From an uncultured Bdellovibrio sp. (GTDB lineage Bacteria; Bdellovibrionota; Bdellovibrionia; Bdellovibrionales; Bdellovibrionaceae), in contig CAWVRN010000022.1 of the NCBI GenBank assembly GCA_963932905.1, positions 11,182 through 75,181 on the forward strand: 64,000 nt of DNA, in the 5' to 3' direction. The notes under the pieces were generated by a model that saw nothing but the letters and a program-made list of their open reading frames with translations, was not told where the DNA came from and made no database searches. Both the position numbers and the translations under genes were made by a program. Shown here in pieces: positions 28,076-38,760 of this stretch (its first letter is position 1; every line of letters begins with the position of its first letter).

Positions 28076-29052
28076 TGGATTTAAACTGTACGTACGAATT
28101 TCTTAACAATCAGCCAAAGCTAACTGTGGGACAGTTATTCCAAGCCCATTGTCAATTGCCGGCGGGCGTGACGGTTGACTTGGCGAAATTGAAACTCAAA
28201 CCGATGCCCGCGCCTGCGGACGCGGCTAAAGGTGCCGAGGCAACTAAAAACTATGATATCGTTTTTGTTAAGGCCGCCCAAGGTGGAGAACAACTAGGTT
28301 TGATGCTGACGTCGTACACCGTGGGGGCCAAAGATATTCCATCCGTTACATTCACGGATGACACCCAAGATTACGTTCTTGTATCGCCGATTAAATTTGA
28401 AGTGACGTCGATTCTAAAACCCGATGAAAAACAGGAAATGTTTGGGCCAATTTCAGGACTAGGTGTTGTGATTCCGCTGTTCTATTGGCTATTGCTGGCT
28501 GCGATTGTGCTTGCCATGATTACTTCGGCTCTGGTGTCCTTACGTTCGCGAATGAAACGTCGTAAATTGTTGGCGCGTTTAGAATCATTGGAAGACGGCA
28601 CCCAACCACTCCCACAATTTTTCACAACCTATCGAAAACTTCAGCGCGAAAATGCTGTGTTCAGCGCGCGCAGTAATATCGACGTTGAAGCAGCAACTGA
28701 CGTGATACAAAATCCGGACGAATTATTAAAACTAGTTAAGACCGTTGAATCCTCGATGAGGACATACTTAGCACGTGCATTTAAAATCACTATGTTCGAG
28801 CAGTCGTGGAAGAAAATCACTGCGGAATTGGAAAAAAATCATGACATTCTATATTCCGCACTGGGTGCTGAATTGGTCGAACTATCCAGTGAATTTCAAA
28901 AAGTTGGAATTGGCAAAAATAAGCTAGAGCCTAAAGATGCTTTGTTGATCTCGGAAAAATCCCGCAAATGGGTAGAACGGGCGGATCAGTTGCAAGCTGC
29001 GATCAAAGCCAAAGACAGTCAGTTGATTAAACGTTTACGAGGAGCCAAGTAA
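28075..29052 (+). CDS. Single-TM membrane protein of the Bat operon
   Basis: Lies between DUF58 and batA; one central TM. Confidence 0.7.
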   Translation: MDLNCTYEFLNNQPKLTVGQLFQAHCQLPAGVTVDLAKLKLKPMPAPADAAKGAEATKNYDIVFVKAAQGGEQLGLMLTSYTVGAKDIPSVTFTDDTQDYVLVSPIKFEVTSILKPDEKQEMFGPISGLGVVIPLFYWLLLAAIVLAMITSALVSLRSRMKRRKLLARLESLEDGTQPLPQFFTTYRKLQRENAVFSARSNIDVEAATDVIQNPDELLKLVKTVESSMRTYLARAFKITMFEQSWKKITAELEKNHDILYSALGAELVELSSEFQKVGIGKNKLEPKDALLISEKSRKWVERADQLQAAIKAKDSQLIKRLRGAK

Positions 29053-30062
29053 TGCAGTGGAAAGACCCCGCTTACCTATGGCTGTTAATCCCGTTAATCG
29101 CTGCGATGGTGTGGACGTTTTTAAAACAGAAAGAAAAAAATAGTTCGTTTAAATTTTCGACGGTGACGATCTTAAGAACCGGTATGAAAAGTATGAAAGT
29201 ATTATTCAGCAGCCTGCCGTTCTTTTTAAAAATCGCAAGTTTAGTGTTTGTTATTATCGCGCTATGTCGTCCACAAACGGCCGATACGAAAATCAAAACA
29301 AATGTTGAAGGTATCGACATCGTTATCGCATTCGATATTTCAGACAGTATGTTGATCGAAGATATGAAACCTTTGAATCGTCTAGAGGCGGCCAAAGAAC
29401 GTATTCAAGAATTTGTTAAAAACAGAACAACAGATAAAATCGGTATCGTTATCTTTGCCGGTGAAGCGTTCACGTTGGTTCCGCCAACGTTAGATTACGA
29501 ATTAATCCTATCACGCATCGGCGAAATCACAACAGCGCAAGACGCCCGCATCAAAGAAGGTACGGCTTTGGGTGTTGGTCTTGCCAATGCCGTGAGTCGC
29601 TTGAAAGACTCACAAGCGAAAACGCGAGTCGTAATTTTCATGACCGACGGGGAAAACAACAGTGGTACGATCGATCCAGAAACGGGGCTTGAATTAGCGA
29701 AGGGATATGGAATTAAAATCTATTCGATCGGTTTGGGCAAAGACGGACCGACTCGTATTCCTATCTACGTAAAAGATTTCATGGGTAACAAAGTTAAAAC
29801 GTATCAGCCGTTTGAATCGACCGTGAATGAAGAATTACTTTCTAAAATGGCTTCGGAAACGGGCGGTAAATATTTCCGTGCCTCTAAAGAAGACTCCCTT
29901 AAAGGCGTATTCGATGAAATCAATAAATTAGAAAAAACTAAAACAGATGTGAATAAATACACCAAATACACCGAGCAATTTCCGACCTACCTGTTAATCG
30001 CCGTCGTATTGTATTTGTTAGCATGGTTGTTGCAGTCAACGTGGTTAAGGAGGGTTCCGTAA
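29052..30062 (+). CDS. batA: vWA-domain protein BatA
   Basis: Two N-terminal TMs, ALCRPQ, MIDAS DISDS, GTALG, TDGENNSG. Confidence 0.9.
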   Translation: MQWKDPAYLWLLIPLIAAMVWTFLKQKEKNSSFKFSTVTILRTGMKSMKVLFSSLPFFLKIASLVFVIIALCRPQTADTKIKTNVEGIDIVIAFDISDSMLIEDMKPLNRLEAAKERIQEFVKNRTTDKIGIVIFAGEAFTLVPPTLDYELILSRIGEITTAQDARIKEGTALGVGLANAVSRLKDSQAKTRVVIFMTDGENNSGTIDPETGLELAKGYGIKIYSIGLGKDGPTRIPIYVKDFMGNKVKTYQPFESTVNEELLSKMASETGGKYFRASKEDSLKGVFDEINKLEKTKTDVNKYTKYTEQFPTYLLIAVVLYLLAWLLQSTWLRRVP

Positions 30063-31126
30063 TGTTTCGGTTTGAATCCCCAGGCGCGTTTTACTTAGTT
30101 GTCGTTGCGATCGTGTTTTACATTATCGCGGTTATTATGCATAAAACGACGCAAAGAAAATTAAAACAAGTTTTCAATGCTGTGATGGTCAGTCAGATCC
30201 TGGCTACATTTGACTATCGCAAACGTAAATGGAAATGGTTCCTGCAATTTACGGCTTTAGTATTTATGGCTATCGCGTTAGCTCGCCCTCAATTGGGACA
30301 GAACCAAGCCGTTGTTAGATCCGAAGGTTTTGAAATTATCCTAGCTGTCGACGTGTCGGACAGTATGATGGCTGAAGATTTACGTCCGTCGCGTTTAGAT
30401 CAAGCAAAATTAGAATTAGCCAAATTAGTTGATCTAATGCCGGGAAACAAAGTCGGCGTGATTGCATTTGCGGGATCATCGGCTTTGATGTCGCCGTTAA
30501 CCAATGATATGGGTGCAATCAAAATGTACTTGGATTCGTTAACAACGACATTGATTTCAAATCAAGGAACTAACATAGAATCAGCGATTCGTCACGCGAT
30601 GGACGTGTTTGATCGCGGTGGTGTCACTGCCGATAGCAGCACCAAAGTGACTCGTGTTATCTTGATTGCCTCCGACGGGGAAGATCACGAAGACGGCGCG
30701 ATCAAAGCTGTCGAAGATGCTGTTCAGAAAAACATTCGTGTGTTTTCTATTGCCTATGGTACGGAAAAAGGCGGAACCATTCCTAAACGTGATCAGTTCG
30801 GCTATTTAAAAGGTTACCGAACGGATCGCCAAGGCCAAACAATTTTGACTCAAGTTAAAGGCGATTTCTTGAAATCCATAGCACAAAAGGGCAAAGGATC
30901 GTTTTATTTTTCAGTGTTTGGCGGCAATCACATTCAAAGTCTAGTGGATGATTTCCGTGATTTTGAAAAATCACAGTTTGAATCCACTGTGGTAACAGAC
31001 TATGAAGAGCGTTTCCAAATATTCTTGTTGATTGCATTTATCTTTGGACTAATCGAATTGATTTTGGGTGAGCGTAAAATTCAGGCGCCAAAATGGAAGG
31101 GACGTTATGTTGATTCAACGAAATAA
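30062..31126 (+). CDS. batB: vWA-domain protein BatB
   Basis: ALARPQ, DVSDSM, PLTND, QGTN, SDGEDH. Confidence 0.88.
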   Translation: MFRFESPGAFYLVVVAIVFYIIAVIMHKTTQRKLKQVFNAVMVSQILATFDYRKRKWKWFLQFTALVFMAIALARPQLGQNQAVVRSEGFEIILAVDVSDSMMAEDLRPSRLDQAKLELAKLVDLMPGNKVGVIAFAGSSALMSPLTNDMGAIKMYLDSLTTTLISNQGTNIESAIRHAMDVFDRGGVTADSSTKVTRVILIASDGEDHEDGAIKAVEDAVQKNIRVFSIAYGTEKGGTIPKRDQFGYLKGYRTDRQGQTILTQVKGDFLKSIAQKGKGSFYFSVFGGNHIQSLVDDFRDFEKSQFESTVVTDYEERFQIFLLIAFIFGLIELILGERKIQAPKWKGRYVDSTK

Positions 31127-31907
31127 CGGACTGATTCTATCGATCGTGACGGCAGTGCTGATGGCTGGCTGTCAATTCACAGACCTACGTGCGATTTATT
31201 ATAACAATCAAACATCGAAAAAAATTAAAGAAAAATCCATGGATGAAAATCAAGCCGGCTATTTAAAGGCGCTTGAGATCGAGCCATTGCTGCCCGCTGT
31301 CCATTCAAACTTGGGCTCTACGTACGATGTGTTAAAGGATCCCGAGCGCGCAATGAAATTGTATAAAAACGCAGAAGATTTTTCCAAAACCGAAATCGAA
31401 AATTTGGAAAAACAGCCAATCCATGCGCAATGGGAACGATCAGCCTTATACACGACCTTGTTTGCTTCGTTATTTAATCAAGGTCAGTTGCTAGCGCGTG
31501 AAAATAAAATTGATGAGGCTTTGAAGAAATACCAAGATGCATTGGCATTAAACCCAACCTCAATCGAAGTTAAAACTAATATCGAATTACTTATGCAGCA
31601 AAAACAAGGCGGCGGTCAGGGTGAAGGCGATAACAAAGACAACAAAGACGAAAATAAAGATAAAGACGGCAAAGGTAAAGGCAAGGGCGATTCCAAAGAC
31701 GACGATAAAGATCAAGATAAACAAGGCGACAAACCCAAAGACTATACTGGCAGCCCAAAATATAAACCCCGCGATTTTAAAGGCGAATTAACCAAAGAAA
31801 ATGTATCTAAAATCTTTGGCGAAATTTCGCAGCAAGAGAAGAAAATGAGAGCCCAGTTTTCAAAACAGAATCAGACCAAGGAATCACCACGTGACAAAGA
31901 TTGGTAA
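31107..31907 (+). CDS. batC: TPR protein BatC
   Basis: TPR repeats, D/K/G-rich linker, terminal KDW. Confidence 0.82.
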   Translation: MLIQRNNGLILSIVTAVLMAGCQFTDLRAIYYNNQTSKKIKEKSMDENQAGYLKALEIEPLLPAVHSNLGSTYDVLKDPERAMKLYKNAEDFSKTEIENLEKQPIHAQWERSALYTTLFASLFNQGQLLARENKIDEALKKYQDALALNPTSIEVKTNIELLMQQKQGGGQGEGDNKDNKDENKDKDGKGKGKGDSKDDDKDQDKQGDKPKDYTGSPKYKPRDFKGELTKENVSKIFGEISQQEKKMRAQFSKQNQTKESPRDKDW

Positions 31908-33840
31908 TTTAATAGTCTTATTATTTATTTTTGCGGCCTCGGTAGTGAACGCGCAGATCGTCGTTCAAGCCGAATTATTATCCGACAAGATCGGTGTGGG
32001 GCAATTTGTAAACTTGGAACTGCGGATCAGTTCACAAGGTGAAGTTCAAATCGAAGAACCGGTGCCGCCACAATTTGACGGCCTAGCTGTACGTAGCACC
32101 AATCAAAGCACGCAGATCTCTACGCGCATGCAGTCGGGCGCCAACGGAATGGAATACAACACGCAGAAAACAACGACATTTACATACCGCCTGCAAGCAA
32201 CCGCGGCAGGTCGAAAAACAATCAAACCATTTGTCGTCAATGTAAATGGCAAAGAATATAGAACAGAAAGTATACCGATAAACATTGCGGCAAAACCGGT
32301 ACAACAACCTCATTCCGATCCGACGGAAAGTATGTTCGGTGGTGGCGAGGATGACCCATTTGCACAAATGGATAAATTAGAAGAAGAAATGTTCAAACAG
32401 CTGATGCATGGGCGAAATCTTCCACCGCAGCAAGGAGGCCCGCAAGGTGATCCTCAGGAAGATCAAAATCCGGCGCTATTGAAAGAACCGGCCTACCGAT
32501 CGACACCGACAAATAATAACGAAGCGTTCTTTATCCAAGTCGAAGTCGATAAAACTGAAGTTTATGAAGGTGAGCAAATCGTTGTTAGTTGGTACCTGGT
32601 GACTCGCGGCCAACTAGAAAGCTTAGACCGCACAAAATTCCCAGATCTGAAAGGATTCTGGAAAGAAATTATCGAAGAAGTCCCGGCGATTCAGTTCTAC
32701 CAAGAAGTCATCAACGGCGTTCCATTTAAGAAGGCCTTGTTAGCACGACACGCCTTGTTCCCGTTAAAAGCGGGGGACACGGTGATCGATGAATTTAAAA
32801 TAAAATCTAAAGTGCGTTTGCCGAATCAGAACTTTGGATTTAATTTGGGTAAAGTGTATGAATACACGAAATCGTCACAGCGTGTGAAAATTAAAGTTAA
32901 ACCCCTGCCGACGGAAGGTCGTCCTGCATCGTTCAGCGGAGCGGTTGGTAAATTTAAAATCAGTTCACAAATTGAAGGCAGTCAGCCAATTGCAAATCAG
33001 CCCATGAAATTCAAACTGAAATTCGAAGGCTTTGGGAATGCCAAAGGCATTGAATTACCTGCGATTCAGTGGCCCGAAGGCATCGAAGTTTTTGAAGTTC
33101 GTAACGAAGCCAAGTTTTTCAAAAACGGACAAAGCTATAAAGAATTTGAAATTATATTGATCCCACGCAAAGACGGCAAGATGGTTTTGCCGGCGATCGA
33201 AATGGGCTATTTCAATCCTGAAACAGGTAAATACGATGTGGCTCATTCGGCGGAAATTCCTATCGAAGTTTTACCGGGAGATAAAGCCAGCGTAACGGAT
33301 TCGTATAAAACAAAATCGGGTGCAGCAGCGCCAGCCGTTAGCCCTTTGACTCTGCCGTCTGTTATTACAGATGTCGATTCCTACAATCGATCACCTATGC
33401 AAAATCGAATGCTATTGTGGTTTGTCGTATTTGGTTTGATCCTGATTGCCATGGTAGCGTACGCATCGCTGGCCTTCGGATGGCGCCAAATGAGTCGTGA
33501 CTTGAAAAAAGAATTAGCGAAAAAAATTGCTAAGGTAGAGAAGAAAATGGGCGCCAAGATGGACAAAGATACATTCATCGAAATTACGAACATTTTCTAT
33601 TTTGTTTTGGGTGAACTAGCGGGCGAAGGCGGCGGGTCGCTGGAAATTCGTAAACTACTGGATAAAATGCCAACGAATATTCGCCGTGATTACGAAAAAG
33701 ACATTCTGGTTTTGTTCGAATTCTTCCAGACCTTGTCGTTTGCTCCGGATGAATTAATTGAAAAACTAAAGAACCCGACTGATATAAAAAATAATTTCGA
33801 GAAGATGAAGATCGTTCTCAATAAATGTTTGGAAAAATAA
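31891..33840 (+). CDS. batD: BatD family protein
   Basis: Signal peptide; VYEGEQ and VKPLP...F.GAVG.F motifs; C-terminal TM. Confidence 0.88.
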   Translation: MTKIGNLIVLLFIFAASVVNAQIVVQAELLSDKIGVGQFVNLELRISSQGEVQIEEPVPPQFDGLAVRSTNQSTQISTRMQSGANGMEYNTQKTTTFTYRLQATAAGRKTIKPFVVNVNGKEYRTESIPINIAAKPVQQPHSDPTESMFGGGEDDPFAQMDKLEEEMFKQLMHGRNLPPQQGGPQGDPQEDQNPALLKEPAYRSTPTNNNEAFFIQVEVDKTEVYEGEQIVVSWYLVTRGQLESLDRTKFPDLKGFWKEIIEEVPAIQFYQEVINGVPFKKALLARHALFPLKAGDTVIDEFKIKSKVRLPNQNFGFNLGKVYEYTKSSQRVKIKVKPLPTEGRPASFSGAVGKFKISSQIEGSQPIANQPMKFKLKFEGFGNAKGIELPAIQWPEGIEVFEVRNEAKFFKNGQSYKEFEIILIPRKDGKMVLPAIEMGYFNPETGKYDVAHSAEIPIEVLPGDKASVTDSYKTKSGAAAPAVSPLTLPSVITDVDSYNRSPMQNRMLLWFVVFGLILIAMVAYASLAFGWRQMSRDLKKELAKKIAKVEKKMGAKMDKDTFIEITNIFYFVLGELAGEGGGSLEIRKLLDKMPTNIRRDYEKDILVLFEFFQTLSFAPDELIEKLKNPTDIKNNFEKMKIVLNKCLEK

Positions 33841-35811
33841 ATGAAATTACTAGCCGTCGTTCTAATGGCTATCTCTGCTCAGGCTGAGGTAGTCGAACTT
33901 TCATTTCCAAAGGATTTGAAAAAATATAAATTTGAAAATGTGTATGAGAATCCTAAATTGAAAGGTCAGCTATCAACCTGGCGTCGTTTAGAAATCGACA
34001 AGAAATACAAGGACTGTGTGACCAAGGGGCCGACGTTATTTTCTAAAAATAAAACCATCGACGGCTGGATTATCAGTGTCTGGTCAAACTGTGTATTTAA
34101 AAGCATAGATGAAAAATTTGATCCCAAAGTCGTTCAAACATTTCTAGATAATATTAAACAGCATCACGCTCGGATTTTGAATGGTCCTTGGCGCGGTGCC
34201 ATCATTTCACAGACTCAGAAAATTGTCAGCCTGGCTGCCGCCGCCATTGAGAAAGATCCCAAGAAATCAGCTAAACTGAAATCTAAATTGCTTAGCTTTC
34301 TAGAAATCGATGAAGTTTATCATAGCATGGATATCAAACGCTGGTATCAAGCTCAGCTGGATCTAAAGCAACCCACAATGACGATGGCGTCACGAAGCAG
34401 AATAATATTCGATTCTGCGCCAGCTGAGGATACCAGCGGTTTCAAAAAGGTAATAGGATTGGAAGAGGCAGCCGCGGTCGTTGATCTTGGAAAAACAATT
34501 GTTCAGATAGAACCTGTTTTTGATTCCATGAAATCCATTTATCGCAAAATGGATTACAAAAAAATTACGGAACTTGGACCGCGCTTAGAAAGCTATTTTA
34601 AACACTCGGAACTGTATCGCGATTATGCGATGATGCTGGGTCGATCGTTCGAATTCACAGGGGAATACGGCAAGTCTTTAGATTATTTTAAAATCATATT
34701 GAATTTTTACGCAGAAAGTGTGGACTACGAAGAGGCCTTATTCCGCGCCGGACTGGTGTGCTTGCGTAAAGGTGACCATACGGATGCCCAAAAGTATTTT
34801 CAGCGTCTGGTGCAGCTGGATCGCGATAAATATGACATCACTGGCCGCTACTGGTGGCTACGTACATTGCAATATAACAAAGATCCTCGTGAAATTGACG
34901 AGAAAACAAAATTCGCAAATGATTTTCCATTTTCCTATTATGGTTTGCGTATCAAAGCCGAGCTCAATGGTGGCAAGTTAAAATCCTCAAAGGGCGGCGA
35001 TATGTCGCCGATCTCGTGGACCCTAACGGGAAAGTCTGCCGAAATTTGGAACCGATTTATTAAACTCAGTGAACTGGGTTGGGTACTGGAAGCGCAAACA
35101 GAAATGCAGAACTTTTCTTGGCCAACAAATCCACTGAAAGTATTTTATCTTTCGATGGTTTTATCGCGTGCCGATCTGCATCCCTTAACGGTCAAGAGCG
35201 TGACGCCATTGTTAGAATCGTATAACGAAGTCCGATCCATCGATGCGATCAAAGAAATCTATCCGAAAACCTATTTAAATTTGATCATAAAAGAAAAAGA
35301 AAAATGCCCGTTACATGAAAATATTATTTTAAGTCTGATCCGTCAGGAAAGTTCGTTTGGGTTAAAAGCATTGTCGACTTCGCAGGCAGCAGGACTGATG
35401 CAAATGATTCAACCAACGGCAATGGAAGTCGCCGATCGATTAAAAATGAAAATCGATTTCCCTGAAGATCTGTATCGCCCGGAAATTAATATCCCTATGG
35501 GGGTGTTTTACATTCACCAAGTGGTGAAAGACATGAACTACAACATCCCATTGGCCCTGGCGGGTTACAACGCGGGACCGCATAAAATCAAAACTTTTAT
35601 CAATCAGCGAGACATAACAAAGAAAATCTTTGAAACCATACAGGACAACGATTATCCAGGGATGGAAGATTTGTGGATTGACGAACTGCCTTGGGCTGAA
35701 ACCACGGGCTATGTTAAATCTATACTGCGTAATGCACTGATTTATGAACTGATCGCCAAAGGGGAGTTCCAATATAGACCCGACTTCTGGCGAGATTTTA
35801 TCTTAAAATAA
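33841..35811 (+). CDS. Slt-like lytic transglycosylase with TPR region
   Basis: IRQESSF, AAGLMQM, ALAGYNAGP, ETTGYVK. Confidence 0.9.
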   Translation: MKLLAVVLMAISAQAEVVELSFPKDLKKYKFENVYENPKLKGQLSTWRRLEIDKKYKDCVTKGPTLFSKNKTIDGWIISVWSNCVFKSIDEKFDPKVVQTFLDNIKQHHARILNGPWRGAIISQTQKIVSLAAAAIEKDPKKSAKLKSKLLSFLEIDEVYHSMDIKRWYQAQLDLKQPTMTMASRSRIIFDSAPAEDTSGFKKVIGLEEAAAVVDLGKTIVQIEPVFDSMKSIYRKMDYKKITELGPRLESYFKHSELYRDYAMMLGRSFEFTGEYGKSLDYFKIILNFYAESVDYEEALFRAGLVCLRKGDHTDAQKYFQRLVQLDRDKYDITGRYWWLRTLQYNKDPREIDEKTKFANDFPFSYYGLRIKAELNGGKLKSSKGGDMSPISWTLTGKSAEIWNRFIKLSELGWVLEAQTEMQNFSWPTNPLKVFYLSMVLSRADLHPLTVKSVTPLLESYNEVRSIDAIKEIYPKTYLNLIIKEKEKCPLHENIILSLIRQESSFGLKALSTSQAAGLMQMIQPTAMEVADRLKMKIDFPEDLYRPEINIPMGVFYIHQVVKDMNYNIPLALAGYNAGPHKIKTFINQRDITKKIFETIQDNDYPGMEDLWIDELPWAETTGYVKSILRNALIYELIAKGEFQYRPDFWRDFILK

Positions 35812-35904
35812 TCGTGGTAATAAATCTGACTAAATAAAGTAATTCACGCGTTGAAATGAGCCTGATTTTTGTTAATCTAAATTTCAACAAAGGATACATA
35901 TTAT

Positions 35905-37722
35905 ATGCAAAGATGGACCCGCAAACTCAGCGTACTGCTTTTGAGTATAGCATTTTTATCTAGCTGTGCTCATACTTCGAACAAAGCAGAAAACAACGCT
36001 ATTCCGACAGATCCTACTAATGGTCCAGCTACGGCCACTACAAATGTGACCGGTGATGGTAATGCACCGGCCCCGACATTAGATTCATTCCATTTGCAGG
36101 AAGATAAACCATCTAATGATAAAGTATCTGAATTTGATGAAATCCCAAGCGAAGTGAACCCATTAGTTGAAAAATGGATTGGTTATTTTCAAGGAAAAGG
36201 CCGTGGCCACATGGAACGCTATTTAGCGCGATCGGCTCGCTATGAAAAACTAATGAAGAAAGTTTTGCGCGACAATAAATTACCAGAGGATTTATTCTAC
36301 ATTGCTTTGATCGAATCTGGTTTTAGCGCGCGTGCGACTAGTCATGCCGCGGCTGTTGGTTACTGGCAGTTTATCCGAGGAACGGGTAAACGTTATGGTC
36401 TAGAGATCAATAAATTTGTCGATGAACGTCGCGATCCTGAAATTGCAACTCAAGCCGCAGCTGATTATTTCAAAGCTTTGTATTCTATGTTTGGCTCATG
36501 GTATTTATCAATGGCATCCTACAACGTAGGCGAGGGCAAAGTTAAACGTGAAGTGAATCGCCTGGACACTCGTGATTTCTGGGAAATCGCTAAAAAGAAA
36601 CGTTTACCTCGCGAAACTGTGAACTACATTCCGAAATACTTAGCTGCACGTTTGATCGCTAAAGATCCAGATAAATACGGTTTCGGTGAAATCGATTATT
36701 TACCACCGATTGAATTCGATACTGTAAAATTGACGGAGCCTTTGAATTTAAGAATCATGTCTGAAAAAATGAGCTTAAACTACGAAGACTTCAAAGCCTT
36801 GAACCCAAAATTTAAAGGCGAAATAGCTACGCTATCAAATAATGTTCTGACTTTACGTATTCCCGTCGGAACCACAGACGCCGCAAAATTAGCAGCGAAT
36901 GAAAGTAAAGTCGATAAAGTGGAATTCGTGGCCGATGCCGGAGATACACAAGAATACCGTATCCGTCGTGGTGATTCGTTATACACGATCGCGCGTAAGT
37001 TTCGCACAACTGTCGCTTACTTACGTGATCTAAACGACATCCCAAGAAAGAAACGTTTGAAAGTAGGATCGCGAATTTCTGTTCCTGATCGCACGTCGCG
37101 TATTTCTAAAGTCAATTATAAAACTCAGGCACCAGTCACAGCGACAACAAGCCCAGCCGATAGCAAAGCGTCGGTAGCAGCGGTTTCTGGCGCAGATAAA
37201 GAAAAAACAGAAGCTTCGGTTCCGCAAACAACAGCAGTAGTACAGGATGGCATTTCTAAGTTCTACATTGTGCAATCGGGTGATTCATTGTTTAGCATCG
37301 CGATGAAATACAACACGACAGTTGACAGTTTGAAAAAGTTAAATTCAATTCGTCGTGGCCGTGTTTTAAAAGTAGGTGCAAAAATCCGACTGCCTGCTGA
37401 TGTTTCTGATAACAAAGATGATCAAACAAACAAGAAGAATCAGAATTCACAAGATTCAACACAAAAGAAAATCAACAAAGGCAAACGCCAAACGGCGATT
37501 GCTAGAAATATGTCAACTCAACGATCTGTCGCTGCGACTAAAGGCAGAGTGGCTAAGAAAGTCGCGAAGAAAACATACCACATCGTTCGACGTGGCGAAA
37601 ATTTAGAAAAAATTGCGGATAGATATGCAATTGATATCGCGGATATCAAATCTAAAAATAAAATTAAAAATTCGTCTAAGATACTTGTGGGTCAACGAAT
37701 CATGATTCCTACGGTAAACTAA
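35905..37722 (+). CDS. mltD: MltD-like lytic transglycosylase lipoprotein with LysM domains
   Basis: Lipobox LSSC; IESGF, AVGYWQF, DERRDP, ASYN.G, ETVNYIPK; three clear LysM repeats. Confidence 0.92.
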   Translation: MQRWTRKLSVLLLSIAFLSSCAHTSNKAENNAIPTDPTNGPATATTNVTGDGNAPAPTLDSFHLQEDKPSNDKVSEFDEIPSEVNPLVEKWIGYFQGKGRGHMERYLARSARYEKLMKKVLRDNKLPEDLFYIALIESGFSARATSHAAAVGYWQFIRGTGKRYGLEINKFVDERRDPEIATQAAADYFKALYSMFGSWYLSMASYNVGEGKVKREVNRLDTRDFWEIAKKKRLPRETVNYIPKYLAARLIAKDPDKYGFGEIDYLPPIEFDTVKLTEPLNLRIMSEKMSLNYEDFKALNPKFKGEIATLSNNVLTLRIPVGTTDAAKLAANESKVDKVEFVADAGDTQEYRIRRGDSLYTIARKFRTTVAYLRDLNDIPRKKRLKVGSRISVPDRTSRISKVNYKTQAPVTATTSPADSKASVAAVSGADKEKTEASVPQTTAVVQDGISKFYIVQSGDSLFSIAMKYNTTVDSLKKLNSIRRGRVLKVGAKIRLPADVSDNKDDQTNKKNQNSQDSTQKKINKGKRQTAIARNMSTQRSVAATKGRVAKKVAKKTYHIVRRGENLEKIADRYAIDIADIKSKNKIKNSSKILVGQRIMIPTVN

Positions 37723-38001
37723 ATAAGTTTGTGCTTATAAAGCATCAAGTTAACGCATCTCTGTGAGAGATTGCATTTTGAATATCAAGGTTTGATTTTT
37801 ACTTTAGAATTGGTGTCGAAAGTCCTTAGAAAATCTGCACCAATCGGTAGATATCGAAATAGCCCACCTGACCACTGCAGATTGGTTCAGAACATCTTGT
37901 TGGTTAAAAATGACAGTCACTTGAGGATGTCGCGGTCTCGTAGAGGGACACTTTATTTACCTTTTGGAAATTTTTGGCTAGCGAGATGTAATTGTTTTAT
38001 T

Positions 38002-38412
38002 TCAATTTCTAGAAACAAGACGCTGAATCATCAATCGCACCAAATAGATCGCGCCTGATGATGTCAATAGTGTGACCAGAATAAAAACGTATTCAAATAG
38101 AAATCCTTGAGCAAAAGCTGTGGTTAATTCAAATCTTGGGATATACTTCGTGATAGCGGTAATAAGAGGAACCAGTGCAAACGTCACTACGATCGGGATA
38201 TAAGACTCAGAAAAAAAGACGAGGGGAAACATCACTAAAAATGCGATAAGAAACTTTTCAGCAAAAGGAATGGGTATCGAGTACACAATCTTATTAAGCC
38301 AATCTGGAAAATTCGTGTTTTTGCAGAACGTGGTCAAGCAGGGTTGCCAAAAAGTCAGTCCGGCGTAAATGGACAGGGTGAATGTAACCAGAAAAATTTC
38401 TTTTGTATTCAT
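38002..38412 (-). CDS. Hypothetical membrane protein
   Basis: Hydrophobic ORF with about 4 TM segments; start uncertain. Confidence 0.45.
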   Translation of the reverse strand: MNTKEIFLVTFTLSIYAGLTFWQPCLTTFCKNTNFPDWLNKIVYSIPIPFAEKFLIAFLVMFPLVFFSESYIPIVVTFALVPLITAITKYIPRFELTTAFAQGFLFEYVFILVTLLTSSGAIYLVRLMIQRLVSRN

Positions 38413-38549
38413 AGAATGAATGTTAGTGAGTCCGAACTGTTTTGGCAACTGTGACTCTGTACGAATCAATTTAGAACCTAGAAATATGAATTGTGGTAAG
38501 AGATGGGGCTGATACTTTATTTTTACGCCGACAATGGATGGCTAAATAC

Positions 38550-38589
38550 AAAAAAGCTAGAAGTCATCCTCAATGATGTTCTTCTAGCT
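38550..38589 (-). terminator. Intrinsic terminator downstream of the riboswitch
   Basis: Minus strand AGCTAGAAG...CTTCTAGCT followed by a T run. Confidence 0.8.
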
Positions 38590-38667
38590 AAGGGGAATGA
38601 AACCAATCCATGAATATATTTGAAATTTTCCTTCCATTTGACACCTCGAATTTCCCTCGGGTACTTA

Positions 38668-38760
38668 CCTTTGGTAGCTGGCAGACAAGGCTTTTACACC
38701 GTAGTCCCTCTAGCTTTGCGTCCCTCGCTTTCGCGAAGTTTGCCTTGGGCAAAGAAAGGA
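38668..38760 (-). ncRNA. c-di-GMP-I (GEMM) riboswitch aptamer
   Basis: Minus strand GGCAAACTTCGCGAAAGCGAGGGACGCAAAGCTAGAGGGACTACGG...GCCAGCTACC; GAAA tetraloop, GACGCAAAGC core, CCTTT/AAAGG P1. Confidence 0.88.

Noticed and set aside
31620..31745. GACAAAGA-like repeats in batC considered as a tandem repeat or CRISPR
   Set aside because: Low-complexity Asp/Lys/Gly coding linker; no repeat-spacer array was seen anywhere in the window.
37771..38058. 95-aa ORF after mltD
   Set aside because: TTG start, no motif, and it overlaps a convergent membrane ORF.
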